DNA of 64,000 nucleotides from the human T2T-CHM13v2.0 reference genome, Homo sapiens. Under the pieces are notes generated by a model. It was given only the letters and a program-made list of their open reading frames with translations. It did no database searches and was not told the origin of the DNA. The translations under genes were made by a program, and so were the position numbers. Below are positions 13,240 to 25,900 of this stretch, in pieces. The number at the start of each line of letters is the position of its first letter. The stretch's first letter is position 1. The stretch is taken from the NCBI RefSeq assembly GCF_009914755.1, contig NC_060941.1; one strand, 5' to 3'.

Positions 13240-13985
13240 AGACCAACACATGACACTCAACATGTCCCAAGCCACCTTTGCCCTCTGCACTTCCACCATC
13301 ACCAGCCCCTGGTCCCATCAAATAGCACTGCTTCCTCCTACTTGCCACTTCTCTTGGTGGCACCACCCTCCCAAGTTGTGAGCCAGCCATGACCAAAGCC
13401 CCTGAGGCAGTTGGGACTCCTCTCTTGACCTCTGTTCAGTCACTTGCTAAGTCACAGAGGTCCTGCCCCTACAGTGACTTCCAGTTCTGCTTCTAGCTTC
13501 TTAGTACTGCCACCGTCACACTAGTTGAGTTCCTTGTCATTTCTCACCTGGATCATTGTCGCAGCCTTTGAATTGTTTCTGCCCTGCCCCCACTACCCCC
13601 CACCCGGTTCCCTTCTCCAGTTTTTGTGTCTCTTCTCTCCAAATAATGTTACCTGTGATGCTAAATATATTTTTCCAAAGGGAGCTCTGCTGCTACCCCT
13701 CTATTTAAAAATCTTTAATGGCTCCCCACTGCCTACTGTATTAAGCACAAACTCCTCATTCTGGCATTCAAGGTCTTAACCCAATAGTGCGACAGGCTGA
13801 CTCTATGAGCCATGCTCAGCAAAACTAGATGATCTGCTATTTCCCAAACATGGACTATCTACCCCATTTGACAATCCCAATCCCAAGACGTGCCTTCCTC
13901 TGCCTCTATTTGCTTAAGGCCAACCCATCCTTTGGGGCCTTTCAAATACCATTTCCTATAGGAAGTCATCCTTCCCATTTCTAAC
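13240..13985 (+). mobile_element. L2 (old, degenerate)
   Basis: cactcaacatgtcccaa...tttaatggctccccactgcc...ctggcattcaagg. Confidence 0.6.
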
Positions 13986-13989
13986 CAGA

Positions 13990-14357
13990 TGCTATTGTCT
14001 GAATGTTCCCTCCAAAGCTCCTGTTGAAATTTAATTGCCTTTGGAACAATATTAAGATGTGGAGCATTTAAGAGGTAATTACACTATGAGGGCTCTGCCC
14101 TCATTAAATGCAATAATGCCAATATTGCAGAATTGGGTTAAGTTATTCAGGGAGTGGGCTCCGGATAAAATGATGAAGCTTGTCCTACTTTCTTTCTCTG
14201 TCTCACATGCCCACTTCCACCTTCTGCCCTTCACCATGGGCACCTACACTTCCCAGATGCTGGTGCCATGATCTTGGACTTACCAGCCTCAGAACTGGGA
14301 GCGAAATAAACTTTAGTTCTTTATAAATTATGCAGTCTGTGGCATTCTGGTAAGACA
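13990..14357 (+). mobile_element. MST-family (MSTC/D-like) MaLR 5' LTR
   Basis: TG...CA ends (tgctattgtctgaatgt...taagaca), tcttggacttaccagcctcagaact, aataaa. Confidence 0.85.
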
Positions 14358-15385
14358 GAAAATTGGTGCCAAAGAGTGGCACTGTTGCTATAACAAATAC
14401 ATGAAAATATGGACGTGGCTTTGGAATTGAGTAATGGGTAGAGGCTGAAATAATTTGGAAAAGCAGGCAGAAAAAGCCTGTATTGCTATAAAAGGAGCAG
14501 TAAGGAAGATTCTGGTGAGGCCCCAGAAGAGAGGAGCTGTAGGGAAAGTTTGGAACTCTTAGAAATTACTTAAATGGTCATGATAAGAATGCTGGTAGAA
14601 ATATGGATGATAAAAGGCATTATGATGAGATCTCAGACAAAAATGAGGAACAAGGTACTGGAAACTGGAGGAAAGACCAATCTTGTTATACAGTTGCAAA
14701 GAACTTGGTGGAATTGTACTTGTGTCCTAGGACTTTGTGGAAGGCAGAACTTAAGGGCAATGAATTAGGCTATCTGGCAGAAGAAATATCTAAGCAGCAA
14801 AGCATTCAGGCTGCTGTGTGGCTACTTTTAACCACAAATAGTAAGACAAAATAGGAAAGAAATTATTAATACTTAAAGACAAAATTTACAAATAAAAGGA
14901 AAGCAAAGTGAAAAGATTTGAAAAACTCTCAGTCTGGTCATATAAAGAACAAAAAAGCATTTTTAGGAGAGCAAACCAAAGGAGTGGCCAAGCAACAGTT
15001 TGCTAAAGAGACTAATACTGATAGAAAAAAGATAGGTGCTATTCATCAAGACAATGGGAAAAAGACCCCAAAGGCATTTCAGAAATCTTCAAGGATGCCT
15101 GTCCCATCACAGGCCCAGAGCTCTAGGAGAGCAGAATGGTTTCAGGGGATGGGCCAGGGGCGCTGTCCATGGGTTCACTGCCCAGAGCTGCCTTGGGAAC
15201 CTGCACCCCACATTCTAGCACAGCATTTTTCTGCTGCCCCAGCTATGGCTCAAGTGGGCCCAGGTGTGGCTTGACCTGCTGGACGGTAGAAGCAATAAGC
15301 CTTGGTAGTGTCCATACGGTGTGAATTCTATAGGAACAAAGAATATAAGAGCTGTGGAGGCATGGCTTCCTCCACCTAGATTTCC
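14358..15385 (+). mobile_element. MaLR internal region, truncated (no 3' LTR)
   Basis: gaaaattggtgcc follows the LTR; ORF remnant 14603-14854 carries the MaLR-int motif LGYLAEEISKQQSIQ. Confidence 0.85.
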
Positions 15386-16819
15386 TGCCCCACTCAGGGG
15401 AGTGGTTCAACCTCTGCTGTGTCTCTTTCCTTCCAACTGCTCTCCCATTGTCCATGGTGCTTAGACAGCATTTGAACAAAACAATAAAATGGGGAAAGGC
15501 ACTACCTCACTCAGAGATTCGCTGTGAAAATTCATTTAGATGAGACTGGTAAACCACTCGGCTCAGTGCCTTACAGACAGCAAGCCTTCACTAAAAGTTA
15601 GCAATTTTGGTTACAAATGAGAAAACAGAAGCTCAGAAAGGCTGTACAATGTACCCAAATAAAACAGCTAGTAAACAAAGGAATTTGGCTTTGAACTCAA
15701 GTCTATTTGCTTTCAAATCTCTCCTTTTCTCAAAATGCCACCCAGAGGTACATTGAAGATCCCTAGCGTCTCTTGCAGTGTTTGAGCTCATGGAGGTGAC
15801 TCTATGAAGCTCCAGAGTCAATGAAACCCCTGCTGAGTCTCACATCCTTCTCTGCCATATATAGCAGAGGGGGTTTCTGGAGAAGACGTCTATGAATGTG
15901 CCTCTCACCCACCTTCTGGTCTCAGTACATTCCTAGCCCTCACGGCTACCTCTGGTAGCTCCAATTCTCCTCCAGATTCCACTGTAATAACACCTTTAGG
16001 AATGATATTCTTTGTAGCCTTGGGTGGGCCTCTCGGGTGATGCCCTTTTGTACTTTAAAGTGCTGTGGCCCCCCAAGATGAGTCCATTTATATCAGAGCC
16101 AACTGTGTCCTTGCTAGGAAGGCAGCAGAGGAGAGAGAGCTTTCTGGAAGCTAATGATGTGGAACCAACTGCCCTGGAAACACGCACAGTCATTATGTGG
16201 GAATGTGGGAGTCCTTCCAAGGGAATCAAGTGTAGCCAAGCCATCCTTTTGGTAAATTTTTCTCAAGTTTTACTCACCTGAAAATTATTTTCACGGAAAT
16301 GTCTGGCAGGGCAAGTTAAACATGTTGCAGGGAGATTCATGATCTAAGTGGCAGGACCCTGATTCACAAAGACTCAACACTGAGAAGTTTAGATATAAGA
16401 AAATCATCAGTGATTACTTATATTACAAAAAGATTCACCTCTAAATTCCCTTCCAATAGGAAATGATCTCCCATTGTTGTTTTTAAAACAGATCATTAAC
16501 TATTTGACTAGGAGATGTGAGAGTGGGAGGTCAGACAAAGATAAAGGCACAAGTAGGAAAAAAATCTACCACTGATGGTGCTTTAGGAGAGCTCTGGAAA
16601 AATATCCAGGGGAGGAAGGGATTTCATCCTTATGGCCCTGTATCTGCAGCATTGCCCGTCCCTTTCATGTAGGCTTCACTGAGACATTTGCCCAGATGTT
16701 TGTGCAGCTCTCTCACGTAAATACCAAGAAGCCCTGTGCTTCCCAGACTTCAAAAACAAAAGGAAGGGCAAGAAGGGCTAGAAACCCAGCAGGACAGAGC
16801 ATGAGAACTTCTTTCATCA

Positions 16820-17085
16820 AGGGCTTCAAAGATCTTACAGGTCATAAAAGACTAAAGACCAGGTTGCCCAAGCCCTCATCAGACACATTTCTACAACATT
16901 CTACAATATTCCCATCAAATATTCACTCTACTTTTGCTGGAGATCAGGAGCTCTCTACTTCCTATAGCAACATACTTCAGTTTGCACAGCCCTGATCAAT
17001 TGGAATTTGTTCTTGTTGAACCCAACATATGGCACCCCTTTCACTTGACTTAGATCTGCCCTCTTCCCCTCTACAGGCCTTCAGA
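16820..17085 (-). mobile_element. L3/CR1-like fragment
   Basis: ggagctctctacttcc...agccctgatcaattggaatttgttcttgttgaacc resembles the CR1 3' region. Confidence 0.4.
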
Positions 17086-17309
17086 TGTGTGATGTTGTGG
17101 GCCTCAACAAAGGTAAACTGATGTGAAGGCTGGAATTGGCTCCTCAGCCTCCAACATCTGCATGTTCAAGAAGATATCAAACCCCTCAATGGACTGGTGA
17201 TTTGATGCATCACCTCTGTGAGTTGGAGGGGTAGCAAGATGGTACCGGGAATTAGAAGACCTGAGTTCTCAATCTTACTCTGCCCCTAGCTTTCTCTAAC
17301 AGCCAGTAC

Positions 17310-18290
17310 ATATTAATATTTTCTTCTACCCAGGAAATTTTATCAAAGCCATTGGTTTCAGTTGACTAGCAAATTCCTATCCCTAGCCCAAACTTCTCAG
17401 AATTCTAGACTTGTAAATCCCATTGCTTACTTAATATGTTTTAGTAGTCTCAGAGGCTCCTCAAACTCAACATGTCCACACTTGGTCTTCTGGGGACCAA
17501 TCCTACAGAATGGAGCCATCACACATCCAGTTGCACAAGTGTTGTCTTTCAACCTTCTCTGTCAACACTCCCCCATCCAACACATTACCAAGTCCCATTG
17601 ATTTCACCTCAATATAGCTCAATTCCACCTGCTTTTCTCCATCACCATTGTTATCATGTCTGTTATCCATTACTCAACTCAGGCACCAGCCTCCTGACAG
17701 GTCTCCCTGCAGCTCCTCTGGCCTACCTCCAATGTGTTCTCCAAATCAGAGTGGTTCCTTCAAAACACAAATCTGATCAAGTGCTCAAGGGCTTTCCATT
17801 GTCCTCAGACTAGAAATAGAATCCTTTAACCTGGGGTCATAACCCTGCAACATGGCCTGTGTTTGTTTTTAGCCATCTCCAACCTCATCTCACTCTGGGC
17901 TCTATTCCCTTGGGCCCCCTTTTAGTAACTTGTGCTTGCTCCACTCCCTCTCACCACAAGGCCTTTGCAAACCTTGTTCCGTCTGCCTGGAAAGCCCTTC
18001 TCTGCCCTGCTAGCCCAGTTAAATTCTCATCCTTCAAATTTCAGCTTCCTGGCCAATTTCTCTCCTCACACACTTTCATATTACTGTGGCCCTCTCCCTT
18101 TTCACACTGGTCAGAACTGCGATGCTTATTTTCACTCTTGTCTAATTATTTGATTAATGTCTGTGTCCTCCACCAAGTTTGAAACTGAATGATAGGAAGG
18201 AGCAGTGAATCTGTTTTTGCTCATGATTGCATCATGCCCCCTGATAGTATAGTACTTGCTGCATGAAACTTTTCCAATAACTAGTAGTGG
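17310..18290 (+). mobile_element. L2
   Basis: ctcaaactcaacatgtcc...ctcctgacaggtctccctgc...aaacacaaatctgatca...ggcctttgca. Confidence 0.75.
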
Positions 18291-18819
18291 ATTGGATGAG
18301 TAATGTATCCTATACTCCCAAATGATCATGTCCTAAAGTTCAGCTTGTGAAGGTAAAGCCTGCATTTAAAATTCAGGCTTCTGGGGGCAATGGGTGAGTG
18401 GGTGCAATATTTTCCACGTATGGAGTGGCCTAGGGAGCCATGAAAATCCACAGTCCCCACCCCTGCCACAGGTAGCAGATGGCTATGCCAAAATTAAAGC
18501 CCAGTTCTGCCTTGGCAGATGGGCAGCTCACAAAACATGGTGGGAATGGCAGTGGTGTTCGCTCTGCAAATATCCTAGGTGTAGGGTGCAGGCCTTAGCC
18601 CCACATGCCTGTCCTTACCCCCTAGGAGACAAGAACAAGCACAAACACAGCACAGGCCCTCTGGACAGCCACCTTGCCACTAGCAGAGAGGCTAGTTACC
18701 CATCAAGAGGGAAGTCTGTGGGAGCAATATTTTCTCCCATGCACGGAACTTCAGAGTTCACGAGAACTTCTCAGCCATGAGCTCTTACAGTTCAGAGAAC
18801 TCAGTAGTATGATGGAATG

Positions 18820-18998
18820 CAGTGGTTCTCAAAGTGTGGCCCCCAGACTGGTAGCCTCAGCATCACCTGGGAACTAGGTAAAGATGAGGATTCTCAGGGC
18901 TTACTCTGGTCCTCCTGAATCAGAAACTGTGAGGTTGGGTCGTTTCAACAAGCCTTCCAGCTGTCACTTCACTTCATGCAAAAGTTTGAGATCTATGG
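18820..18998. mobile_element. MER5A
   Basis: cagtggttctcaaagtgtgg...cagcatcacctgggaact...ctgaatcagaaact...aaagtttgaga. Confidence 0.85.
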
Positions 18999-19220
18999 AT
19001 GTAGTGGAAGGAATGTCAGCTTTGGAGAGAGGCAAACCAGAGCTAGAATCCTGGCTGCTCCTGTGCCTGGCTGTGGGCCCATGATCCCATTCCTTAATCA
19101 GTTTGGTCACAGTTTTCTTATCTGCCAGAGGGGACATTACTCATTACTCCCTTCCCCATGGAGATACTCTGAGACTCAGCATGGAAGATGTCTGGCATAC
19201 AGTACGTGCTCCATATATTT
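18999..19220 (+). mobile_element. MIR
   Basis: gctttggagagagg...cagttttcttatctg...tctggcatacagtacgtgctc. Confidence 0.6.
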
Positions 19221-19734
19221 CATTTTCCTTCCTTCTTTCTACAACCCCATACTGCTCTATAGAAGATGAGGCAGACTCCCGAGTCTGATCGTATAGAGAG
19301 TGAGGGGGATCCAGGTTTGGGGCACATCCATCTGACTCCTTATTCCTTTTTCCTTAGACCACCCCTGAGAGGGAGATAGTCAGAAGCAGGCTATCTGGGG
19401 TGGCAGCCTGAATGTGTATGGAACAGCACAGCCTGACTGACTTGAGGCAGCAGAAAACATGGCCACCACAGACCCCAGGTACCTCGGTACCAAGCTTGCG
19501 GGGCCTGATCCTCCACACTGCTGAAGAGGCTGAAGGCGCAAACAGAAAGTGAGACCTTGGGGATCGGTGAAGGCAGGAGGAGCTGAGTGGGAGACTGGAG
19601 GATGCATTTGTCCTGGCCCCCTTCCTGCCTCCTGGAGGGTGAATAAAGAAAGTGCCACCCATGGCTGAAAGTTCATAAGGAAAACAGAATGCTCTGAAGC
19701 AGTGAGTGTGACTTGTTTGTAGAAGAGACAGCCA

Positions 19735-19950
19735 GTCTGATGGTTAGAAGCACCGGCTTTGACCAGACAGGTCTGGGTTCTAAGCCATTTAACAGCTGTG
19801 AGATCTTGGGTAAGTGTCTTAAGCTCCTTAAGCATAAGTTTTCTCATTGGTAAAAGGCAGAAGAAACAGTACCTTCCTCATGGGACTGCCATGAGAATCA
19901 CATTAGCAAACTTGGATGAAGCTACAGGCACTGTGCCTAACACAAAGTAA
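19735..19950 (+). mobile_element. MIR
   Basis: ctgggttctaagcc...gctgtgagatcttgggtaag...tttctcattggtaaaa. Confidence 0.75.
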
Positions 19951-20203
19951 GGACACAATCGAAGTGATTCCCTTTCCCCAACCTCAGCCTCTGTTGGCTA
20001 ATTCCTGTGTTCCAGGCAATCAGATGAGAGTAGCCTTTGAAGTGTTGAGCTGCTCCATTAACCTGGTGCCATAGAGGCCCCACAAGTGCCTCTGCTGCCT
20101 CAGAGGTCTGCTCTGAAGCCAAGTACATTTACTTCTGGTAGTCCAGAAAGCCTTGAAGACAACCAGGTGAAAGAATAGAGGCAGACTTCCCTGGAACCAC
20201 TCA

Positions 20204-20566
<363 letters not shown>

Positions 20567-20689
20567 TCATCAAAAATTCACCATCACTTACTCTGTGAGA
20601 GATGCTGTGTACATGCTAGAGATACCAATTAATAAGACTTGGTTTTGGCCTTTGCGGAGCTCACATGCACATCTTAGTGGGGGCGCGAT

Positions 20690-21014
20690 GGGCTTGCAAA
20701 CCACAGATCTGCTCCTCCTCCCAGGCATACAGCAGGATGGCACTGCCCTGCAGTGTGACTTCTGGCCATAAGTGACTTGCTCTGCCCAATGAAAGGAAGA
20801 GGCATGTGTCCCTGCATGGAGGACACTTTCAGAGCCCGTGTCCTGGTGACTATGGAAGCTCATATGGAGATGGAGCCTGGGTCCCTGAGTCACCTGCTGT
20901 TGATCTACATAGGACATGTAACGTGAGCAAGAAATGAGCTTGTGTTGTATTAAGCCACTGAGATTTGGAGGTTGTTTCTTCTCATGGCATAAGTCAGCCC
21001 GTTGTGACTGATCC
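20690..21014 (+). mobile_element. MLT1 (I/J-like) MaLR LTR
   Basis: ctgggtccctgagtcac...gtgagcaagaaat...ttaagccactgagatttgg. Confidence 0.7.
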
Positions 21015-21769
21015 AGCCACCAGCTACCCTACTGGCCCTGGTGTCTCTGTCCTTGTGGATGGACCCTCCTCTCTCCCTGCCCCCTACTCCTGCCAAAAGT
21101 GGAGCTTTCTTTATCAAAATTTAAAACCCTGAGCAATTAAGATGCTATAAATTGAAAAGTTCTTTCCGACGAATAAAATTGTTCTTATTTCTAATGAATA
21201 CGAGATGGCTTACATGAAGCTAAGCACTCTGGTGATTATAAAATAGCTGACATAAAATATCAACATTTCTTCTTCCACTGCTAATGTGACCTATTAAATT
21301 AGTACTGATTAGGCATTTTTCTTTTGCAAAACTTCTTTCTCCGACATTGATTCTTTGCACAGTTTTCAACCCCAAGTTTGATCTGGCCTGAGATGCTTTT
21401 CTCCTTCTTATCTCTTTAGGGCGCATTCTGGGCACTTCTTCCAAGTAGCTGTTTCCAAAAAGCAAATCCCGTGGGTAGCTTGTGTCTCCCAATGTCCAAA
21501 GATAGTTCTGAGTTTACATCACTTTATTTTTAAAAGCTCTTCATTCCCATTTATTGTTATTTTATTGTTTTTTTTTTCCTGTGTAGGACTAGAGAGAAAA
21601 AAAGGATTCACAAATAAGAAAAATACCCTACTTTTTTTTTCCAACCAGAATGTGTAGTATTGCGGCGCTTGTGGCAGATTGAAATGACTTAATGTAGTTC
21701 CCACATTTACAGCGATGAACCTCTCTACTATTAAAGAGGCAACATTTCTCAGTTTGTAAAAGCTTTCTC

Positions 21770-22765
21770 ATTCATTCATCAAGTCCAGCGGCTGCTGCCT
21801 CCCCTGTCTGTGCAATCCGCTCACTCCTCTCCCTCCTTGCTTCTCCCCCCTCCACTCAGACCTTCCCATCTCTTCCCCGGGAGGCTCCACTTGGCTCCTG
21901 ACCAATCTCGGCGCTCTCTTCTTGCTTTTCCAGTGTATTCTCCACCTTGCGGCCAAGATCAACCTTTCTAAAATATAAATCTGAATTTGCCATGCCTCTG
22001 TTTGACATCCCTCCCCACTGTTCTCTGTGAAAAGCCTAATCTGGACATCCCTCTACAGTCCAGTGCCTGCTTTTGTCTCTGTGCCTTGTGCTGTACACCC
22101 AGCAAGCAATGATCCCCACAAAGATGCCATATTCTTATCCCCTGGCCTCTCTGCACAGGCTGTTTCCCCTTACTGGAATGTCCTTCATTTCCCCTTCTCT
22201 AGTGAACATTTCTTCATCCTTCAGAGCCCCACTCCTCCTTGGAGAATCTCCACTCTCTAACCCTTCAGGGCTGGGCAGACAGCATCCTGTGGGCTTCCCT
22301 ACAGTGCTGTAACACTGTCCAAGCTGCCTTGAAATCTATTGCTTGTCTGTCTCCCGCATTGGACTGCAAGCTTTTTGAAGGCCAGGAGTGTATGTCATTT
22401 CCCTTGATACCTCCAGAGCCTGGCACATCGTAGGGGCTTAAAGAATTGTTTTTTCTTTTTTGAGATAGGGTCTCACCTGCTTTGTTGACCAGGCTGGAGT
22501 ACAGTGGCACAATCATGGCTCACTGCAGCCTTGACCTCCTGGGCTCAAGTAATTCTCCCATCTCAGCCTCTTGAGTAGCTGGGAGGCATACACCACCATG
22601 CCCAGCTAAGTTTTAAACATTTTTTGTAGAGATGGGGTCTCACCACGTTGCCCAGGCTGGGGTCTTGAATTTCTGGGCTCAAGTGATTCTTCCTGCCTTG
22701 GCCTCCCAAAGTGCAGGGATTACAGGCATGAGCCACAATGCCTGGCCTAATAATTGTTGAATATG
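21770..22765 (+). mobile_element. L2 interrupted by AluJ
   Basis: ttctaaaatataaatctga...ggactgcaagcttttt...agagcctggcacatcgtagg. Confidence 0.7.
22449..22747 (-). mobile_element. AluJ
   Basis: cactgcagccttgacctcctgggctcaag diagnostics. Confidence 0.95.
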
Positions 22766-24044
22766 AGGGACTAAAACCATTCTTTCATTTGATTTTGATG
22801 ACAATTCAGGGAAGTATGCAGAGGAAGAATTATCCCTAATTTCACAGGTGAGGAAACTGAGGCTCAGGGACACACAGCCCAAACTATCTTTCAAAGACCT
22901 AATGCTGTCCCCAGAACCCTGGGTCTGGATGTCTCATCCCTGAGCACTGTAGAATGGCCACCAAGGGAAGGGTGAGCATGTGCCTCAGCCAGGCTCTTCC
23001 AGAAGGTACAGGGGCAGGGAGAAGAGAAGATAGTAGATGGATTTGCAGCAAGACCTGCACCCGTGTATCTGACCTGGTCAATGCTGAATTTGGATGGCTT
23101 TGTTCCATATCCAAGGCATGGGTGGCTGGGGACAACTTGTGTCCATAAGTGGAATAAGATTTCCAGTGATAATCACCTTGTTTTTCCCTGCAATTCCTCT
23201 AGAGTAATAATGGGGCTAATTCAGGGGTGGGGAAGCTCTTCAATGGCTGCCCAAGTCTTGGGGGAAGGGAAGTCCCCAATCCTTGCAGAGGGATCCCCTG
23301 TGTTCCACTGGCCTCTGATCTGCTTAATGAATCCAACTCATTGAAAACCAAGGAAGAGTTTATGTTGCATGTTAGAGCTGATGGTCCTCCAGGAGCCCGA
23401 GATCCACCATTAAAGAGGAGCTCCTATATTACTGAGTAAAGATAGCAGTTACAATGAGCAAAGGAAACAAGAAAGAAGAAGTATGATGCTGAGAATCATG
23501 GACTTGGCCTTGGACAAAGGAAGGCAGAAAAATGGTCTTAGAGAGGAGGGCTTGCCATCAGATAAAGGGGACACCAAACACAAGTCACAATTGGTGGACA
23601 AAGCTGGGAGAGGAAAGGGTGAGCTGGAGGTGGGTGCCCCAGCTTCATTCAGGAAGAGGAAGTCGGGATATATGACCCACATTCTGCTTCTGGCTCGCTA
23701 GGATGCAGCTGACACCCATCAGCTGACAGCCCGGTATGAGATGAGCACAAGGAGACTGTCTGCTCACGTGCTTATTTCTGAACCCTCAAACCCCTCAGTC
23801 TTAGGGGGTGGAGGCTGCTCCTGGAGGAATCAATGCCTGGGAATCTGGTAACGGTGGAGACCCAGTCCAGGGCCTAGAATCATTCTCTTACTTGCTTGCT
23901 GAAATAACATGTCTTGAACACCTACTGTGGGCCAGGTGTTGTGCCAGTCAGAGCCCTAGTCTCAAAGGGGGCTGGTCTAGTCGTCTGGAGACCAGTCTAG
24001 TTCCTGACCTTACTCTGGTCATGGTCTCTGTGAGACCTGATCAA

Positions 24045-24196
24045 AACTGAGGGCTTTTTCTCCAGGAAAAAAATAACCTAGTGTGCGTGCACATACATAC
24101 ACACAAACACACATGCTTGTGTTCTGTGTACAATTCAAGGGGGTTCCTAGCTTCCCCTGAAGGTTATCCATGGACCCTGGGTTAAGAATCCCTAGG
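24045..24196. mobile_element. Charlie4z-like hAT end
   Basis: cccctgaaggttatccatggaccctgggttaagaatccct terminus. Confidence 0.6.
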
Positions 24197-24198
24197 TT

Positions 24199-24417
24199 AC
24201 CATTAGTTGCATTGTATTATATTCCTGATAATTGCTAAGAGAATAGATTTTAGGTGTTCTCACCATAAAAAAGTTTGCAAGGTAATGCATATGTTCATTA
24301 GCTTGATTTAGCCACTCCATAATGTGTATATAATTCAAAACAACATATTGTACATAATAAATATATATAACTTGTATCTGTCAATTAAAAATTTTAAAAT
24401 ATGACTGTCATACAAAA
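24199..24417 (+). mobile_element. 5'-truncated L1MA 3' UTR
   Basis: ttgctaagagaatagattttaggtgttctcacca...gcttgatttagcca; approximate TSD aagaatccct(a)ggtt on both sides. Confidence 0.85.
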
Positions 24418-24529
24418 AAAAATCCCTGGTTTAGATAGAGAGACAGACATGTAAACAACTGTGTGGTATGAAATGTGGAGCTGTGAAATTTGGAGTGAAG
24501 TCATGCTCTTTAGGGATAATGTAAAGTCT

Positions 24530-24740
24530 TGGCTTGTTATTCAGTCAACAAATATTTATTTAGCACCTGCTATTTGTCATGCACAGTGCTAGGCACCAGG
24601 GACAAAATCATAAATAAAACCATAAAGTCCCTATGCTTTGGATCTTATAGTCCAGTTGACAGGGATGGTGGCATTTGAACTGAGTCTTGAGGTCAGGAAA
24701 GAAGATGGGGGTGGGCACCCAGGCAGAGAAAACAGTGTGC
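24530..24740 (-). mobile_element. L2
   Basis: attcagtcaacaaatatttatttagcacctgct...gtgctaggcacc. Confidence 0.7.
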
Positions 24741-25674
24741 AGTGGGCGTGCTATCTGAGTTCTAGGTGCATGAGCTGATAGGCGTCATCTCTACACTGCG
24801 TCCCTCCACCAACCTAGAGGATCAGTTTCCAATGTTCCTTTTTGAAGAGGACAGCCCAACAGAGGAGGGCCCCATGCAGGCAGGGGAAGCTCTGTGTGTG
24901 CACTCATACATAAGTATGAATGAGCTGGCTTACTGCCAAATAGGATCCTGCATCCCCGACAGCCTCCCTGTAGCAGTGCCCAGAGCCATCACCAGGGTTG
25001 GCACAGCCAAAGCACTGCTGAAGTTTCCTCCCTCATTGCAGCCCAGAACTCATCAGAGGGAGAGCTGTCTTTCCTCACACTGGCCAGAATTCCAAGTGCA
25101 TGAGAAATGGAAGCTCACTGGTGGCTCGGATACTGAAGGTTCTCTGGGGCCCAAGGCAACCTGGCACAAATTTGGTGCCTTTACGCACAGCCATTAATGG
25201 GGATTGGTGGAGGAGAGCATGCATGTAGCTTTGAACTCAGCTTCCTCTTCTTTAGGCTCAAACACTATGTAGCCCACCTGGAAGACTTCACTCCATTTTA
25301 ATGGAAGGAAACCAGCTCCTTCCATCCTTCCAGTTTCTTGGCATACTTAATACCCCCTGTGAGATTTCTGGCAGATTTGTGGCTGGCAGTTAGAGGACGT
25401 TTTGCAACTACCACAAAATAACTGTTAAATTAAAATAAATAAATAAAAAGAGATCCAGAAAAAGCATGCAGACACGTCTGGCTTTGTAAAATTACTGTCA
25501 GTCAGCCGGCATATGGATTCCTGAAAAGTTGGGCAGAAATCACAATGTCGTCAAAAGGATCCCTGAAACAGATCCCACTCTACCTGGCAGGCTTTTGTTC
25601 ATCCTCAGAACCTGTTAAAATGTCCCCTGCTTTATATAAAGCCGTTTTGGGACTCTTTCTAGTATAAAGGAACA

Positions 25675-25900
25675 GACTTTTATTGCATCTCTACCATGTG
25701 CTAGAGACTGGGCTATATCCTACATTATCTCAAACCACCCTCCTTACAACCCCACAGGTAGGTATTAGTGCCATTTTACAGATGAAGAGTCTGAGATTAC
25801 AAAGTTAAGAGACTTGTACCAGGTTCTGCAGCTCACAGGTGATGAGGCCAGAAGTTGAATGGAGCTCTTACAAATGGCTGCAGAGTTAGCTCCTCTGCTC
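25675..25900 (-). mobile_element. MIR
   Basis: ccattttacagatgaagagtctgag. Confidence 0.75.

Noticed and set aside
25629-25642. 14-bp palindrome gctttatataaagc as a TATA promoter
   Set aside because: Isolated, with no CpG or other promoter context; expected occasionally by chance
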